NCBI GenBank assembly: GCA_951406725.2
Contig: OX597814.1
Span: 65,906,001-65,970,000 of the forward strand
Direction of reading: 5' to 3'
Source of the DNA: Octopus vulgaris
Lineage: Eukaryota
Length of the DNA stretch: 64,000 nucleotides
Shown: positions 63,901 to 64,000 of the stretch, one piece after another
Position numbering within the stretch: the first letter of the stretch is position 1
Layout of the letters: each line of letters starts with the position of its first letter
The notes under the pieces: model-generated
The model's database searches: none
What the model saw: only the letters and a program-made list of their open reading frames with translations
Told to the model about the DNA's origin: nothing
Translations under genes and position numbers: made by a program

Positions 63901-64000
63901 GAATGAGGTTCATCACCTCCCCCTGCGCATCCACGTATGTCGTCAAGTAAAAATACTACAGAAAAAATCCGTAGTTTATTATCTGGGAGAAAATTATATT

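Overview
AT-rich eukaryotic window saturated with microsatellites and transposons. The SINE families and the density of (TA)n/(GT)n tracts point to an octopus/cephalopod genome (inference, not database-checked). I found no intact host protein-coding gene; almost all ORFs in the track are microsatellite artefacts or transposon remnants. Recognisable elements: three copies of one mariner family plus other mariner derivatives, a decayed hAT (Buster/GTF2IRD2-like) element, a non-autonomous Helitron, RTE and CR1 LINE 3' ends, three tRNA-derived SINE families, a 2.0-kb ORF1-only L1/Tx1-like element inserted into a SINE with a 16-bp TSD, and many Penelope-like element (PLE) pieces (RT and GIY-YIG). 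The main hidden signal is RNA-structural. At least 14 well-formed minimal type I hammerhead ribozyme (HHR) motifs can be read by eye (helix I - C[U/C]GANGA - helix II - GAAA - short, usually palindromic helix III - UH - helix I'). They lie in PLE pseudo-LTRs, in two ORF-less tandem two-ribozyme units (583 and 541 nt, retrozyme-like) and at the apex of fold-back elements. HHRs in PLEs are known in general; the specific families, the extended helix II, the CCGANGA core variant and the fold-back and host-flank-inversion architectures here merit follow-up. All alignments and folds were done by eye, so boundaries are approximate.
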